A DNA stretch of 63,295 bases, the filler included, from Octopus bimaculoides (taxonomy: Eukaryota): assembly GCF_001194135.2 (NCBI RefSeq). It is 3 parts of 3 records of this genome, joined end to end, with 100 filler letters (N's around TTAATTAATTAA, not from the genome) between each part and the next. Parts side by side here need not be neighbours in the genome. Positions count along the whole stretch, not along the records: positions 1 to 10,076 come from NC_069010.1; positions 10,177 to 38,337 come from NC_068994.1; 1 more part is not named here. One strand, 5' to 3'. The translations under genes and the position numbers were made by a program. The notes beneath the pieces were generated by a model that was not told the origin of the DNA, made no database searches, and was given only the letters and a program-made list of their open reading frames with translations. Shown here one piece after another: positions 1 through 13,249 of the stretch (positions are counted from its first letter, which is position 1; each line of letters opens with the position of its first letter).

Positions 1-40
<40 letters not shown>

Positions 41-102
41 ACTATTACTATTATCATAATTTTATTTTATTATTTCCATAATTTTTATTATGATTTTTTA
101 TG

Positions 103-153
<51 letters not shown>

Positions 154-215
154 ACTATTACTATTATCATAATTTTATTTTATTATTTCCATCATTTTTA
201 TTATGATTTTTTATG

Positions 216-260
<45 letters not shown>

Positions 261-268
261 ATTATTAC

Positions 269-302
<34 letters not shown>

Positions 303-310
303 ATTATTAT
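1..310. repeat. (ATT)n microsatellite with internal duplication
   Basis: Direct reading of the sequence. Confidence 0.95.
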
Positions 311-562
311 GTAGGAAAAATCCCTTGGGCATAATCTTTCACTAAATCTTAATCCTACACTAGTCCAGCGCAACAACAAAACTCTTCAGGTCATGTCACA
401 TACTCCTGAAAGAATATACAAATGTAGAAATATATCAACACATATCATAAATATATATTTATACCTATAAATTACATCATCGTACATACATACATACATA
501 CATATACATACATACATACATACATATACATACATATACATATACATACATACATACATACA

Positions 563-594
<32 letters not shown>

Positions 595-947
595 CATACA
601 TACATGATGGCTGCAAACTCGTGTTCAAGTATTTCTATCTCCTGATTGAAAGTCCCACACATGTGGAGGCTATGACCACCCATTTTAGTGATAGGTCTTA
701 CTTTTTTTTCAAACAAATCGACCCCAGGACTTGTTCTTTGTAAGCCTAGTACTTATTCTGTCGGTCACTTTTGCTGAACCGCTAAGTTACATGGACATAA
801 ACAAAACAACATCGGTTGTCAAGCAATGGTGGGGGGACAAACACACATGCACACACACACACACAACCACACATGGAAGGAAAAAAGAGTTAAGGACAAA
901 AACATCAGTTCCCAAACTGTATTTACCTCAAAATCTGTCTGTGCGTC

Positions 948-1235
<288 letters not shown>

Positions 1236-1392
1236 CTAATATTTCTTTAAAATTTTGCTTTTGTTACATTTATTCAAAGCCCAAAAGAATCCCTCTCAAC
1301 ATATTACTATGATGCTCCCACTGACTACTCCTGCTCATCATCAGAGAAGTACATATCGTCAGACACTAAGGGACATGCCCAAGTGGTTAAAG

Positions 1393-1788
1393 TCGATGAT
1401 GATGATGATCATCATCATCATCATCGTTTAACGTCCGCTTTCCATGCTAGCATGGGTTGGACGATTTGACTGAGGACTGGTGCAACCGGATGGCTACACC
1501 AGGCTCCAATCTAATTTGGCAGAGTTTCTACAGCTAGATGATGATGATATATATATATTNNNNNNNNNNNNNNNNNNNNNNNNNNNNNNNNNNNNNNNNN
1601 NNNNNNNNNNNNNNNNNNNNNTCGATGATGATGATGATCATCATCATCATCATCGTTTAACGTCCGCTTTCCATGCTAGCATGGGTTGGACGATTTGACT
1701 GAGGACTGGTGCAACCGGATGGCTACACCAGGCTCCAATCTAATTTGGCAGAGTTTCTACAGCTAGATGATGATGATATATATATATT
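1393..1788. repeat. Essentially identical ~167-bp SINE-tail segment on both sides of a small gap (1393-1559 and 1622-1788); probable contig-end overlap artefact
   Basis: The two copies read the same and directly flank the N run. Confidence 0.75.
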
Positions 1789-1910
1789 TGACTAGCATTG
1801 TTGCTCAGAAATATTGGAATCCCTATATGTTGTACATTCTGTGGCATCCTTTTTATAATACAAGAAATTTGTTTAGTTCATCGAAATTAAGTTATATCAA
1901 TAATGAATTA

Positions 1911-2129
<219 letters not shown>

Positions 2130-2209
2130 TTATGGTCGCTGTAGGGGTCATAGTAGAATCTAAGGTTTAGCTGAAGCTATCTCTACATGTGACTGTTCTA
2201 CATTTTATG

Positions 2210-3300
2210 CATAGTTTATCTAGGACTACATTATCTAATGTGTCTTACCATACTGTTGTAGTTGTTGTTGTTGCTTACCCCCAGATCATTTTTGATCCAT
2301 CGCACATATGATCAAAGACGTTCCAGCTGCGACCATCCTGTCTTTCTTTTAGGCATAGTGTATCTAGGACTACATTATCTTATGTGCCATTCCTTGTTGC
2401 TTTTGTTTAGCCCCAGGTCAGTCCTGATTCAGACAGATCTATGATCAAAGATGTTCCAGCTGTGACCATCCTGACTTTTATTCAGACATAGTGTATCTAG
2501 GACTACATTATCTAACGTGTCCTTCCTTGTTCTTGTTGTTTAACCCCAGGTCAGTCCTGATCCAGACAGACTTATGATCAAACATGTTCCAGCTGTGACC
2601 ATCCTGACTTTTATTCAGACACAGTGTATCTAGGACTACATTATCTTATGTGCCATTCCTTGTTGCTTTTGTTTAACCCCAGGTCAGCTTTGATCCAGAC
2701 AGACCTATGATCAAAGTTGTTCCACCTGTGACCATCCTGTCTTTTATTCAGACACAGTGTATCTAGGACTACATTATCATTATGTGCCATTCCTTGTTGC
2801 TTTTGTTTAGCCCCAGGTCAGCTTTGATCCAGACAGACCTATGATCAAAGATGTTCCACCTGTGACCATCCTGTCTTTTATTCAGACATAGTGTATCTAG
2901 GACTACATTATCTTATGTGCCCTTCCTTGTTGCTTTTGTTTAGCCCCAGGTCAGTCCTGATTCAGACAGACCTATGATCAAACATGTTCCAGCTGTGACC
3001 ATCCTGACTTTTATTCAGACATAGTGTATCTAGGACTACATTATCTTATGTGCCCTTCCTTGTTATTGCTGTTTAGCCCCAGGTCAGCCTTGATCCAGTA
3101 GACCGATGATCAAAGGTCTTCTAGCTGTAACCACCTGACCTTTATTCAGGCATTGTGCATCTAGGATTACATCATCCAATGTACCCTTGTTTTTTTATCC
3201 TCAGTTCAGTCCTGATTCACCAGAATTATTACCAAAGATGTTCCAGCGGTGACCATCCAGTCTTTTATTCAGACATATTGTATCTAGGACTACATTATAT
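2210..3300. repeat. Tandem array of about 9 copies of a ~133-bp unit in an HPD intron
   Basis: The anchor motif TATCTAGGA recurs at 2217, 2361, 2494, 2627, 2760, 2894, 3027, ~3158 and 3281. Central copies are the most similar. Confidence 0.92.
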
Positions 3301-3758
3301 TTTTTCCCCATTTTATTTTAATCTCTCTCTCTATTTCTCTCTCTTTCTCTCTCTCTTTCTCTCTCTCTCTCCCTCTCCCCCCTCTCTCTCTCACTGACAA
3401 TTTCTCCTTCCCACTTCTTCTATGTTTCTTTCTTCTGACAAAGGGCAAATGTTCAAAACATTAGACACTTTTTCTTTACAAGGTCCGATCAAAAAATAAC
3501 CACCACTGTTGCTAAGGTAACAAAGCTCAAATACACAAACGGCAGCCACATGGTTGTGGAACAAACTTATTTACCCCCCCCCCCCNNNNNNNNNNNNNNN
3601 NNNNNNNNNNNNNNNNNNNNNNNNNNNNNNNNNNNNNNNNNNNNNNNNNNNNNNNNNNNNNNNNNNNNNNNNNNNNNNNNNNNNNNNNNNNNNNNNNNNN
3701 NNNNNNNNNNNNNNNNNNNNNNNNNNNNNNNNNNNNNNNNNNNNNNNNNNNNNNNNNN

Positions 3759-3779
3759 ACGGGCGAGTAGGTTTTGAAC
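3759..3779 (-). CDS. HPD: HPD exon, first 21 nt only (VQNLLAR...); the rest lies in the N gap 3586-3758
   Basis: Acceptor tctatttacag in phase 0, at the expected position between the ...DDIIKS and LHKLQ... exons. VQNLLAR aligns with human IRHLRER(G). Confidence 0.8.
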
Positions 3780-3864
3780 CTGTAAATAGAATCATTAGCC
3801 TTCTTTCAACTGGGTTCCTGCGATACACAAGACATATGATACACAAGATACACACCATATATTC

Positions 3865-4230
3865 TTTTATTCTTTTACTTGTTTCAGTCATTTGACTGCG
3901 GCCATGCTGTAGCAATATCTTTAGTTGAACAAATCGATCTCAGGACTTATTCTTTGGAAGCCTAGTACTTATTCAATCGGTCTCTTTTGCCAAACTGCTA
4001 AATTACGGGGACGTAAACACACCAGCATCGGTTGTCAGGCGATGGTGGGGGGACAAACACATATACACACACATATATATATATATATATATATGTCTGT
4101 GTTTGTCCCCCCCAACACTGATAGAATAAGTACTAGGCTTACAAAGAATAAGTCCTTGCGGTCGAATTGTTCGACTAAAGGCGGCGCTCCAGCATGGCTG
4201 CAGTCAAATGACTGAGGCAAGCAAAGAAAT
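3865..4230. mobile_element. Inverted pair of SINE 3' halves separated by (TA)n
   Basis: 3865-4055 is the reverse complement of the SINE 3' half; 4095-4230 is the forward copy (GATAGAATAAGTACTAGGCTT...CAGTCAAATGACTGA). Confidence 0.85.
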
Positions 4231-4489
4231 AGAAGAATATAAGACAAACTTATGAGAATTCTTTGGCCAGGCAAAGCATTGATGTCACAGACAGCCTCAC
4301 AACTAAGACACATTTTGTGTAACATAACTCACTAATGTAACATATAACTGCCAATTCTAACAGAACTGCTTAAACCTTTACCTGTTCTGTGTATCACGTT
4401 GATACACTGTGAGATTGTAGTCATGGCTGTGTAACTGGCCTATTAAAAGTACCTTTCGGTCATTGGGTGATATGCTGTGCATGTGAAGA

Positions 4490-5110
4490 CCTGTTGAATC
4501 AAGTGAAATCGTAGTTGTGGCCAATGCCAGTGACGTCTGACTGGCACCTGTGCCGGTGGTATGTAAAAAGCAGCATTTGAGTGTTGGGCCTCATGGAGGC
4601 AGTGATAGGTGACAGAGACCCTTGGTGATATACTGTGCTTGTGTTGACCTGTCAAGCCAAGTAAGACTATATCGTGGATGATGCCGGGGTAAAGTCAATG
4701 GTACCCATGCTGGTGGCACATAAAAAGCACCATTCAAGCATTGGGCCTCATGGTGACGTTGATAGGTGACCGAGACCCTTGGCGATATACTGACCTGTCA
4801 AGTCAAGTGAGACTGTTGTCGTGGCCGATGCTGGGGTCATGTCAATGGTAACTGTGCTGGTGGCACATAAAAAGCACCATTCGAGCATTGGGTCTCATGG
4901 GGCAGTGATAGGTGACTGAGACCCTTGGCGATATACAGTGCTTGTGTTGACCTGTCTAGCCAAGTAAGACTGTAGTCGTGGCCAATGCTGGGGTTAGGTC
5001 AATGGCACCTGTGCTGGTGGTACATAAAAAGCACCCGCTACACTCTCAGAGTGGTTGGCGTTAGGAAGGGCATCCATCTGTAGAAACCTTGCCAAATGAG
5101 ACTGGAACCT
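4490..5110 (+). repeat. About 4 tandem copies of a ~150-bp SINE-related unit followed by a SINE core
   Basis: Recurring CCTGTCAAGCCAAGTAAGACT...AAAAAGCACC...GAGACCCTTGG at about 4490, 4650, 4795 and 4950. Confidence 0.8.
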
Positions 5111-5509
5111 GATGCAGCCCCCATACACATTCCCTATTTCTTTTTCAACCACCAGAATAATTTGGGACTTATGAAACAAGAGCTTTATATCAATTTAGAA
5201 TGCATGAAAGAAAGGCCCACTACAAGTCTGAAAACAAACATAGGCATTTAGGATAGACTAATGAAAATGCAAAAGGTTAAGGCAATTGTGTGGGGGAAAA
5301 TGTGGGTCCTTTTGTGGGGTTTACTGTAGTTTAGTGAGATTTTCATAAGGTTTATCATATACTTACAGGGATTGCTGGATCTGGTAGGGTTATTTTATAG
5401 GGTTACTATCTCTGACAGGTTGATTTCATGGGAGTTATCATCACCCATGGTCTATTTCACTGGGGTTACTATATCTAATGGGTCTATTTTATAGGGTTTA
5501 CTCTATAAA

Positions 5510-5790
5510 ATAGAAAAAGAGAGAAAGAGACAGGAAGAGAGAGGGGGAGAGAAAGAGACAGGAAGGGAGAGGGAGAGAGAGGGGGTGAAAGAGAGAGAGA
5601 GAGGGGGAGAGAAAAAGAGAGATAGAGACAGGAAGAGAGAGGGGGTGGAAGAGAGAGAGGGAGAGAGAGAGGGAGAGAAAAAGAGAGAGAGAGACAGGAA
5701 CAGAGAGAGAGGAGGAGAGAAAGAGACAGGAAGAGAAAGAAAGGAAGAGCAAGAAAAGGAGAGGAAGAGAGGGAAAGAGTGAGAAGGGGG
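5510..5790. repeat. (GA)-rich purine tract
   Basis: Direct reading; source of several spurious ORFs. Confidence 0.9.
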
Positions 5791-5889
5791 GATAAAGGGA
5801 GCAACAAAATTAAGGGGTCCTTGCAAACAAAAATGCACTCTTTAGAATGAGTGGATGGGGGGTGGAGGAGGGAGTTTGGAGGTACTCAC

Positions 5890-5961
5890 TGACTTGATGA
5901 TATCGTCCGTGTTGAGAGCTATGTGTTGTACTCCAGCACCTCCATAATAGTCGACGTACTC
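5890..5961 (-). CDS. HPD: HPD exon (EYVDYYGGAGVQHIALNTDDIIKS)
   Basis: Contains the GAGVQHIAL motif with the second Fe-ligand His. Acceptor ttctttcag, donor gtgagt; 72 nt, phase 0/0. Confidence 0.97.
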
Positions 5962-6049
5962 CTGAAAGAAAAGAGTACAGGGTAGATATGTGTTCTGTAG
6001 AGTACGTCTGATGGGGTGTCGCCATTGGCAATGGGTTGCATATGTAATA

Positions 6050-7102
<1,053 letters not shown>

Positions 7103-7951
7103 NNNNNNNNNNNNNNNNNNNNNNNNNNNNNNNNNNNNNNNNNNNNNNNNNNNNNNNNNNNNNNNNNNNNNNNNNNNNNNNNNNNNNNNNNNNNNNNNNN
7201 NNNNNNNNNNNNNNNNNNNNNNNNNNNNNNNNNNNNNNNNNNNNNNNNNNNNNNNNNNNNNNNNNNNNNNNNNNNNNNNNNNNNNNNNNNNNNNNNNNNN
7301 NNNNNNNNNNNNNNNNNNNNNNNNNNNNNNNNNNNNNNNNNNNNNNNNNNNNNNNNNNNNNNNNNNNNNNNNNNNNNNNNNNNNNNNNNNNNNNNNNNNN
7401 NNNNNNNNNNNNNNNNNNNNNNNNNNNNNNNNNNNNNNNNNNNNNNNNNNNNNNNNNNNNNNNNNNNNNNNNNNNNNNNNNNNNNNNNNNNNNNNNNNNN
7501 NNNNNNNNNNNNNNNNNNNNNNNNNNNNNNNNNNNNNNNNNNNNNNNNNNNNNNNNNNNNNNNNNNNNNNNNNNNNNNNNNNNNNNNNNNNNNNNNNNNN
7601 NNNNNNNNNNNNNNNNNNNNNNNNNNNNNNNNNNNNNNNNNNNNNNNNNNNNNNNNNNNNNNNNNNNNNNNNNNNNNNNNNNNNNNNNNNNNNNNNNNNN
7701 NNNNNNNNNNNNNNNNNNNNNNNNNNNNNNNNNNNNNNNNNNNNNNNNNNNNNNNNNNNNNNNNNNNNNNNNNNNNNNNNNNNNNNNNNNNNNNNNNNNN
7801 NNNNNNNNNNNNNNNNNNNNNNNNNNNNNNNNNNNNNNNNNNNNNNNNNNNNNNNNNNNNNNNNNNNNNNNNNNNNNNNNNNNNNNNNNNNNNNNNNNNN
7901 NNNNNNNNNNNNNNNNNNNNNNNNNNNNNNNNNNNNNNNNNNNNNNNNNNN

Positions 7952-8580
7952 GGTTAAGGTTAGGATTAGGGCTTAGAGTTAGGATTCGGGTTTAAGGTTA
8001 GGGCTAGGGTTCACGGTTTAGGGTCAGGGTTAAGGTGAGCATTAGCTTCATAGTTTACAGTTAGGATTAGAGTTAAAGTAGGGTTTTGAGCTAGGGTTAG
8101 GATTAGGGTTTAGGGTTAGAGTTGAATGATTAGGGTTAGGGTTAGGGTTAGGGTTAGGGTGAGCATCAGCTTTATAGTTTAGTGTCAAGGTTCAAAGTTA
8201 GAGTTTAGGTGAGCATTAGGGTAGATTAGAGTGAGAGTTAGTGTTAGGATTAGGATTAAGATTAGGGTTTGACTTTGGATTGGATTAAGAGGAAAGTTTA
8301 GTGTCATGGTTCGGGGTTAGAGTGTAGGTGAGCATTAGGACAGATTAGGGTTAGAGTGAGGGTTAGGATTAAGATTAGGATTTGACTTTGGATTGGATTA
8401 AGGGGGAAGTTTATGATTAGAGTTAAGGTTAGGATTAGGATTAGGATTTGAGTTAAATTCAAGATTAGGATGAAAGTTTAGAGTGAAAGTTTGGGGTTAG
8501 AGTTAGGGTGAGCGTTACGGTAGATTATAATTAGATTTAAGGTTAGGAGTAAGTTAGGGTTTCGCTTGGGGTCAGATTAG
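7952..8580 (+). repeat. Degenerate interstitial telomere-like (TTAGGG)n tract with a ~120-bp higher-order duplication
   Basis: Perfect TTAGGG run near 8130-8160 and variants TTAGGA, TTAGAG and TTAAGG. The segment GTTTAGTGTCA...GGATTGGATTAAG is repeated at about 8180 and 8300. Confidence 0.88.
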
Positions 8581-8644
8581 GAAGAAAATTTGGTGTCAAG
8601 GTTCAAGGGTCATATTGATCTAAATCGTAGGCAGCGTTACTTAC

Positions 8645-8722
8645 CATTCAGCCACATTTAACATGCAGTCTTGAGGTTGATTCCCAACAATGTGGTCAAT
8701 AAATTTCAGGCTCACAACTGGT
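8645..8722 (-). CDS. HPD: HPD exon (PVVSLKFIDHIVGNQPQDCMLNVAEW)
   Basis: Contains the IDHIVGNQP motif with the first Fe-ligand His. Acceptor ctgttccag, donor gtaagt; 78 nt, phase 2/2, compatible with the upstream exon. Confidence 0.96.
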
Positions 8723-9267
8723 CTGGAACAGACAGACACAAAAAAGGGTTTAGTCACAGAATAATGAATCTCATTATTACGAGCATCTTTGACATGCATC
8801 TCTCAAAACACCCCTTGACAAGTGGGTTTTATTTACAGGGATCACCGACAAACATGTGAATATAAATTCCTCTCCTCAAAACTGTCGGTTAACCATTTAT
8901 TGACCCCCAAACGGCAAATTCTGCTAAGTCGACCTTGGCAGAATTTGAACTCAGAACATAAAGACAGACAAAATACCGCTAAGCATTTCGCCCAGCATGT
9001 TAACGTTTCTGCCAGCCCGCCACCTTCTAGTTTTTAAATACTGAATGACTATGAGGGCCCACCAGAATAAAATAAGGACTCAAAGGGGGCCATAGATAAG
9101 AAAGGGTTCTTAGACTTTAGTCAAGACCACTCCCTAACATTTTACTTAAGATTAACCCTTAATAGTTCAGTTTAAAAGAGGGTCTTTAGAGTATTGTAAA
9201 GTAATGATTCTGACAGTATCATTAAAACTAGGGTTTTTTACAGTTTAGGAAAAAGAAAATCCCTTAC

Positions 9268-9461
9268 AGGTTGGGTAAGATAGGGTCCTTTTCATTAATT
9301 ATCTTGTACCCAGGCAGAAAAGGGCCCTTGTATTTGGACCGGTCCACAAATGTGTGTGTTGTGTCTCCGTAGGTTTGAACTGTTGCAAACTTCACAACTC
9401 CATCGCTGTCTGATTCCTCCCAAGGTTCACGTGCGACCACTGCGCCTCTCTCCGTTGAGCT
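9268..9461 (-). CDS. HPD: HPD exon (SSTERGAVVAREPWEESDSDGVVKFATVQTYGDTTHTFVDRSKYKGPFLPGYKIINEKDPILPNL)
   Basis: Conserved ERGA, EPW, VKFA..QTYGDTTHT and FLPGY motifs. Acceptor ttctttccag, donor gtaagg; 194 nt, phase 0/2. Confidence 0.96.
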
Positions 9462-10019
9462 CTGGAAAGAACAGATAGAGAGAGGTAGAAGGGCAAAAAG
9501 ATGATTAAAATAAAGTGTTAATGCTTACAGTATGCTAATTAGCTGCTCCAATTTTGTGTGTCTACTGTAATTGTTGAGTATATAAACAGATTTGCAAAAA
9601 TGAGTAACGCTGCGATGGACTGGCGTCCCATCCAGCTGGGGAACACATATGCCATTGAAACCGGGAAACTGGGCCCATGAGCCTGGCTGGGCTTTAAAAG
9701 GGCGCATTTATTATTATTATTATCAGTCTCTCAGGAAGAGACTATTTTAGAGTACGTTCTGCCTTATCTTCGAAACGTCTAGTTAGAATAGAGGCAGCTG
9801 ACGAAGGATTAATTCCAAGTGGCTATCTGTTTTCCTATGTGTTCGTTCGGTGGTCTGTAGTTCATTGTTCTAACGTCCTGTACCCTGACATGCATCTATA
9901 TACACATGTAGATGTAAGTATGTACATATATGTGTGTATACATGCATATATATTCTTTGTATTATATATATATATATATATACAACAACAACAACAGCAA
10001 CATCAACAAAACTGTTTAC

Positions 10020-10076
10020 CTTGAAGATTGCTTCCAGATCTTCCACCTCGAACGCAATGTCTTTGACTCCATCTCC
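10020..10076 (-). CDS. HPD: HPD exon, 3' part (GDGVKDIAFEVEDLEAIFK); cut by the scaffold spacer
   Basis: Contains the conserved GDGVKDIAFEVED motif; donor gtaaac, phase 0. The sequence ends at N 10077. Confidence 0.94.
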
Positions 10077-10176
10077 NNNNNNNNNNNNNNNNNNNNNNNN
10101 NNNNNNNNNNNNNNNNNNNNTTAATTAATTAANNNNNNNNNNNNNNNNNNNNNNNNNNNNNNNNNNNNNNNNNNNN
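10077..10176. other. Artificial 100-bp scaffold spacer N44-TTAATTAATTAA-N44
   Basis: Exactly 44 N on each side of a palindromic six-frame-stop linker; identical to the spacer at 38338-38437. Confidence 0.93.
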
Positions 10177-10531
10177 TGTATATATATATGTGTGTATATA
10201 TATATGTGTGTTTATATTTATGTATTTGTATCTCTGTGTTTGTCCCTCCCCGACACCATCGCTTGACAACTGATGCGGGTGTGTTTACATCCCTGCAACT
10301 TAGCAGTTCGGCAAAAGAGACCAATAGAATAAGTACTAGGCTTCCAAAGAATAAGTCCTGGGGTCGATTTGTTCGACTAAAGGCGGTGCTCCAGAATGGC
10401 CACAGTCAAATAACTGAAACAAGTAAAAGAGTAAAAAGTAAGAGTATACACACACACACACTCACTCACACACACACTCACTCACACACACACACATATA
10501 CATATATATACATACATATATGTATATATAA

Positions 10532-10568
<37 letters not shown>

Positions 10569-10952
10569 TATATACACATGATAACGATAATTCTAGGATG
10601 GAATTTATAGATATTTGATACATCACTATGCATGTTTCCACAAATAACATGATTTTAACATGATTTTAATACTTGGGATTAGTATAGTACAATCTGTATT
10701 ATCCGGGGTCATCCAGTTAATCATCATCATTGATTCATTTCATCAGGCGATACTGCATTAGTGGATGACTCACAGAAGGATGCTTATCCGTTCTTCCCAG
10801 TATGAAGGCCAATCTGGCTGGCATCATCGAATAAGAACTTTATTTGCATAACACTAACATTAGCATAAACGAATTTAAAAGATATATATATATATATATT
10901 ATGGAGATGTACTTGCATAGCAAGTGACCTGATCGTGTGCTGGAAGGAAAAC

Positions 10953-11420
10953 AATTGCAGTGTGGAAGGTGTTTATAAGCCATTTAAGAAAGACACAAAG
11001 ACTATTAGATTCACTTCAACATTTAAATTTAATTTGCCAAAATATTTTCATTGCTTTGAGACTGTGACATGTTCACTGACAAAATTCCATGCTGCATCTG
11101 AGAAAGTCACATACATACACGCATATAGGCATGCACACATGCATACACACAGACATGTACACACACACACACATACACACACACATACACACATGCATAC
11201 ATATATATACATACACACACACACACATACATACATACATATATATATCATGAACTAACTGTTACTTTCTCAGATGCAGCATGGAATTTTGTCAGTGAAC
11301 AGGTCGCTATCTCAAAGTGACGAAAATATTTTGACACAAATTAAATTTGAATGTTGAAGTGAATCTAATGGTTTTTGTGTGTTTCTTAAATGGCTTATAA
11401 ACACCCTCCATGCTGCAATT
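10953..11420. mobile_element. MITE-like foldback with ~155-bp inverted arms (10953-11107 / 11264-11420) around a CA microsatellite
   Basis: The arms are reverse complements (AATTGCAG...TGAGAAAGT / ACTTTCTCA...CTGCAATT); the right end abuts (TA)n. Confidence 0.85.
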
Positions 11421-12135
11421 ATATATATATATATATATATTGCTAACTTAGCAGTTAGCAAAAGAGACTGATAGAATAGTACTAGGCTAAAATAAGAATA
11501 AGTACAGGGTTTGATCCATTTGGCTAAAGAAATTCTTTCTTCAAGATGCCCCAGTATGGCCACAGTCCAATGACTGAAACAGGTAAAAGATGACTATTTA
11601 GTAAGGGTTTTTTATGTTTCTGAGTTCAAATCCGCAGGAGATTCACTTTGCCGCTTCCTCTTCCTGGTCTCTTGCTCCAAGGACGATAATGATCTATACC
11701 ATGCATGAATCAGTCAGCCATACTTCTTCCCATTCTGTATAAATTTATGTGCTTAAACTGATTTTCCTTTCCTTTTTACACATGCAGGATAAAGTCCACG
11801 TCTATGCGGTCAATATTGACATTTTTTTATTTTTGTGAACTCAGTTATCATAACCAGCAATAATTAGGATATCCAGGGATAAAGTTAAAAAATCCGAAAC
11901 AGGTGAATTGTTTGATGTATCAATGGGATCATATGACAATGCAGACATCCATAATCTTCTTATCTATATATATATATATAGGTAGATAAATCTTACTTGG
12001 AAAAGGATGCGTGGCGTTCGATCATATAATAATATAAATAATACATAAATATATGCATGCATGTATATATACATATATATGTAGGTATGTACATATATGT
12101 ATGGATATATGCATATATTTATATATTATTTATAT

Positions 12136-12185
<50 letters not shown>

Positions 12186-12290
12186 TTGGAGCCTGGTGTA
12201 GCCATCTGGTGTAGCCAGTCCTCAGTCAAATCGTCCAACCCATGTTAGCATGGAAAGCGGACGTTAAACGATGATACATACATATATATC

Positions 12291-12524
12291 TTAGATATAT
12301 TGAAGTCCAAGTTTCCATCCCACAATATTGGCCTTTTCTATGATGATGGTTTGGGTATATCTAATGACATTGATAGACATACACTCAATAAATTTAAGAA
12401 AAAACTTTAGACAGTTAAGCCTCAAAATTTGTCTAATGTTGATTTCTTAGACATTTCCCTAGACTTAAACTCATGCTTTTATAAACCCTGTCATAAAATG
12501 AATGAGAAATTCATTATATATAGT
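12291..12524 (+). mobile_element. Degenerate Penelope-like retroelement reverse transcriptase fragment
   Basis: Translates as LDILKSKFPSHNIGLFYDDGLGIS...KKL*...VDFLDISLDLNSCFYKPCHKMNE. This resembles the PLE RT motifs IGLYRDDGL and VNFLDVTLDL..G.YKPY.KPN. One stop codon. Confidence 0.75.
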
Positions 12525-13135
12525 CCTGTCACACCTCTTATATTTTACTTTTGACAATCTTTTTCTGAAAAAGTGAAACCAGTCAAGTGAACAAACATCT
12601 TTAAAATTGCGTTTTCAAATTTTTTTCATATATATTTCCACTCGTGCGGTATCTTACAATGAATTTCAGCTGTGTTTCTTGTGGAGAAGGCTTCAAGGAC
12701 TCCATGTGGTGGCCAACCTCATAACTATTTTTACATTACTCCATCTTTCCTAATTCCTTTCTGATTTCTCTTCACCCATTCAAAAACCATGTTATTTTCT
12801 AGTTTTACTACATATTCAAAATAACAAATTCCTTGTCACTCTTTCTATGTTTTGCCTGAAGAAAACTGATAGCTATGTAATATAAAATGACAGCTTAAGG
12901 AAATATAATATTTCATAGCTTATTGTGATAAATATCAGCAAATACAACCTTCCTACCAAGTCTATGTCTCTCATTTTTCTACAACAAAATCAACAACAGT
13001 GACCTCGATTTCCATTAGTTACTTATGCCTGTAATGTCTCTGTCCTCCATACCCAATGTTTCTTTATTCTATCTATGTTTGCCATTGTTCTCTTAAATCT
13101 GATATCTTATCTGTCTTTCATTCCATCAGTTCTAT

Positions 13136-13249
<114 letters not shown>

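Noticed and set aside
2210-3300. Regularly spaced repeats as a CRISPR array
   Set aside because: The units are full-length tandem copies without unique spacers, in a eukaryotic intron, with no cas genes.
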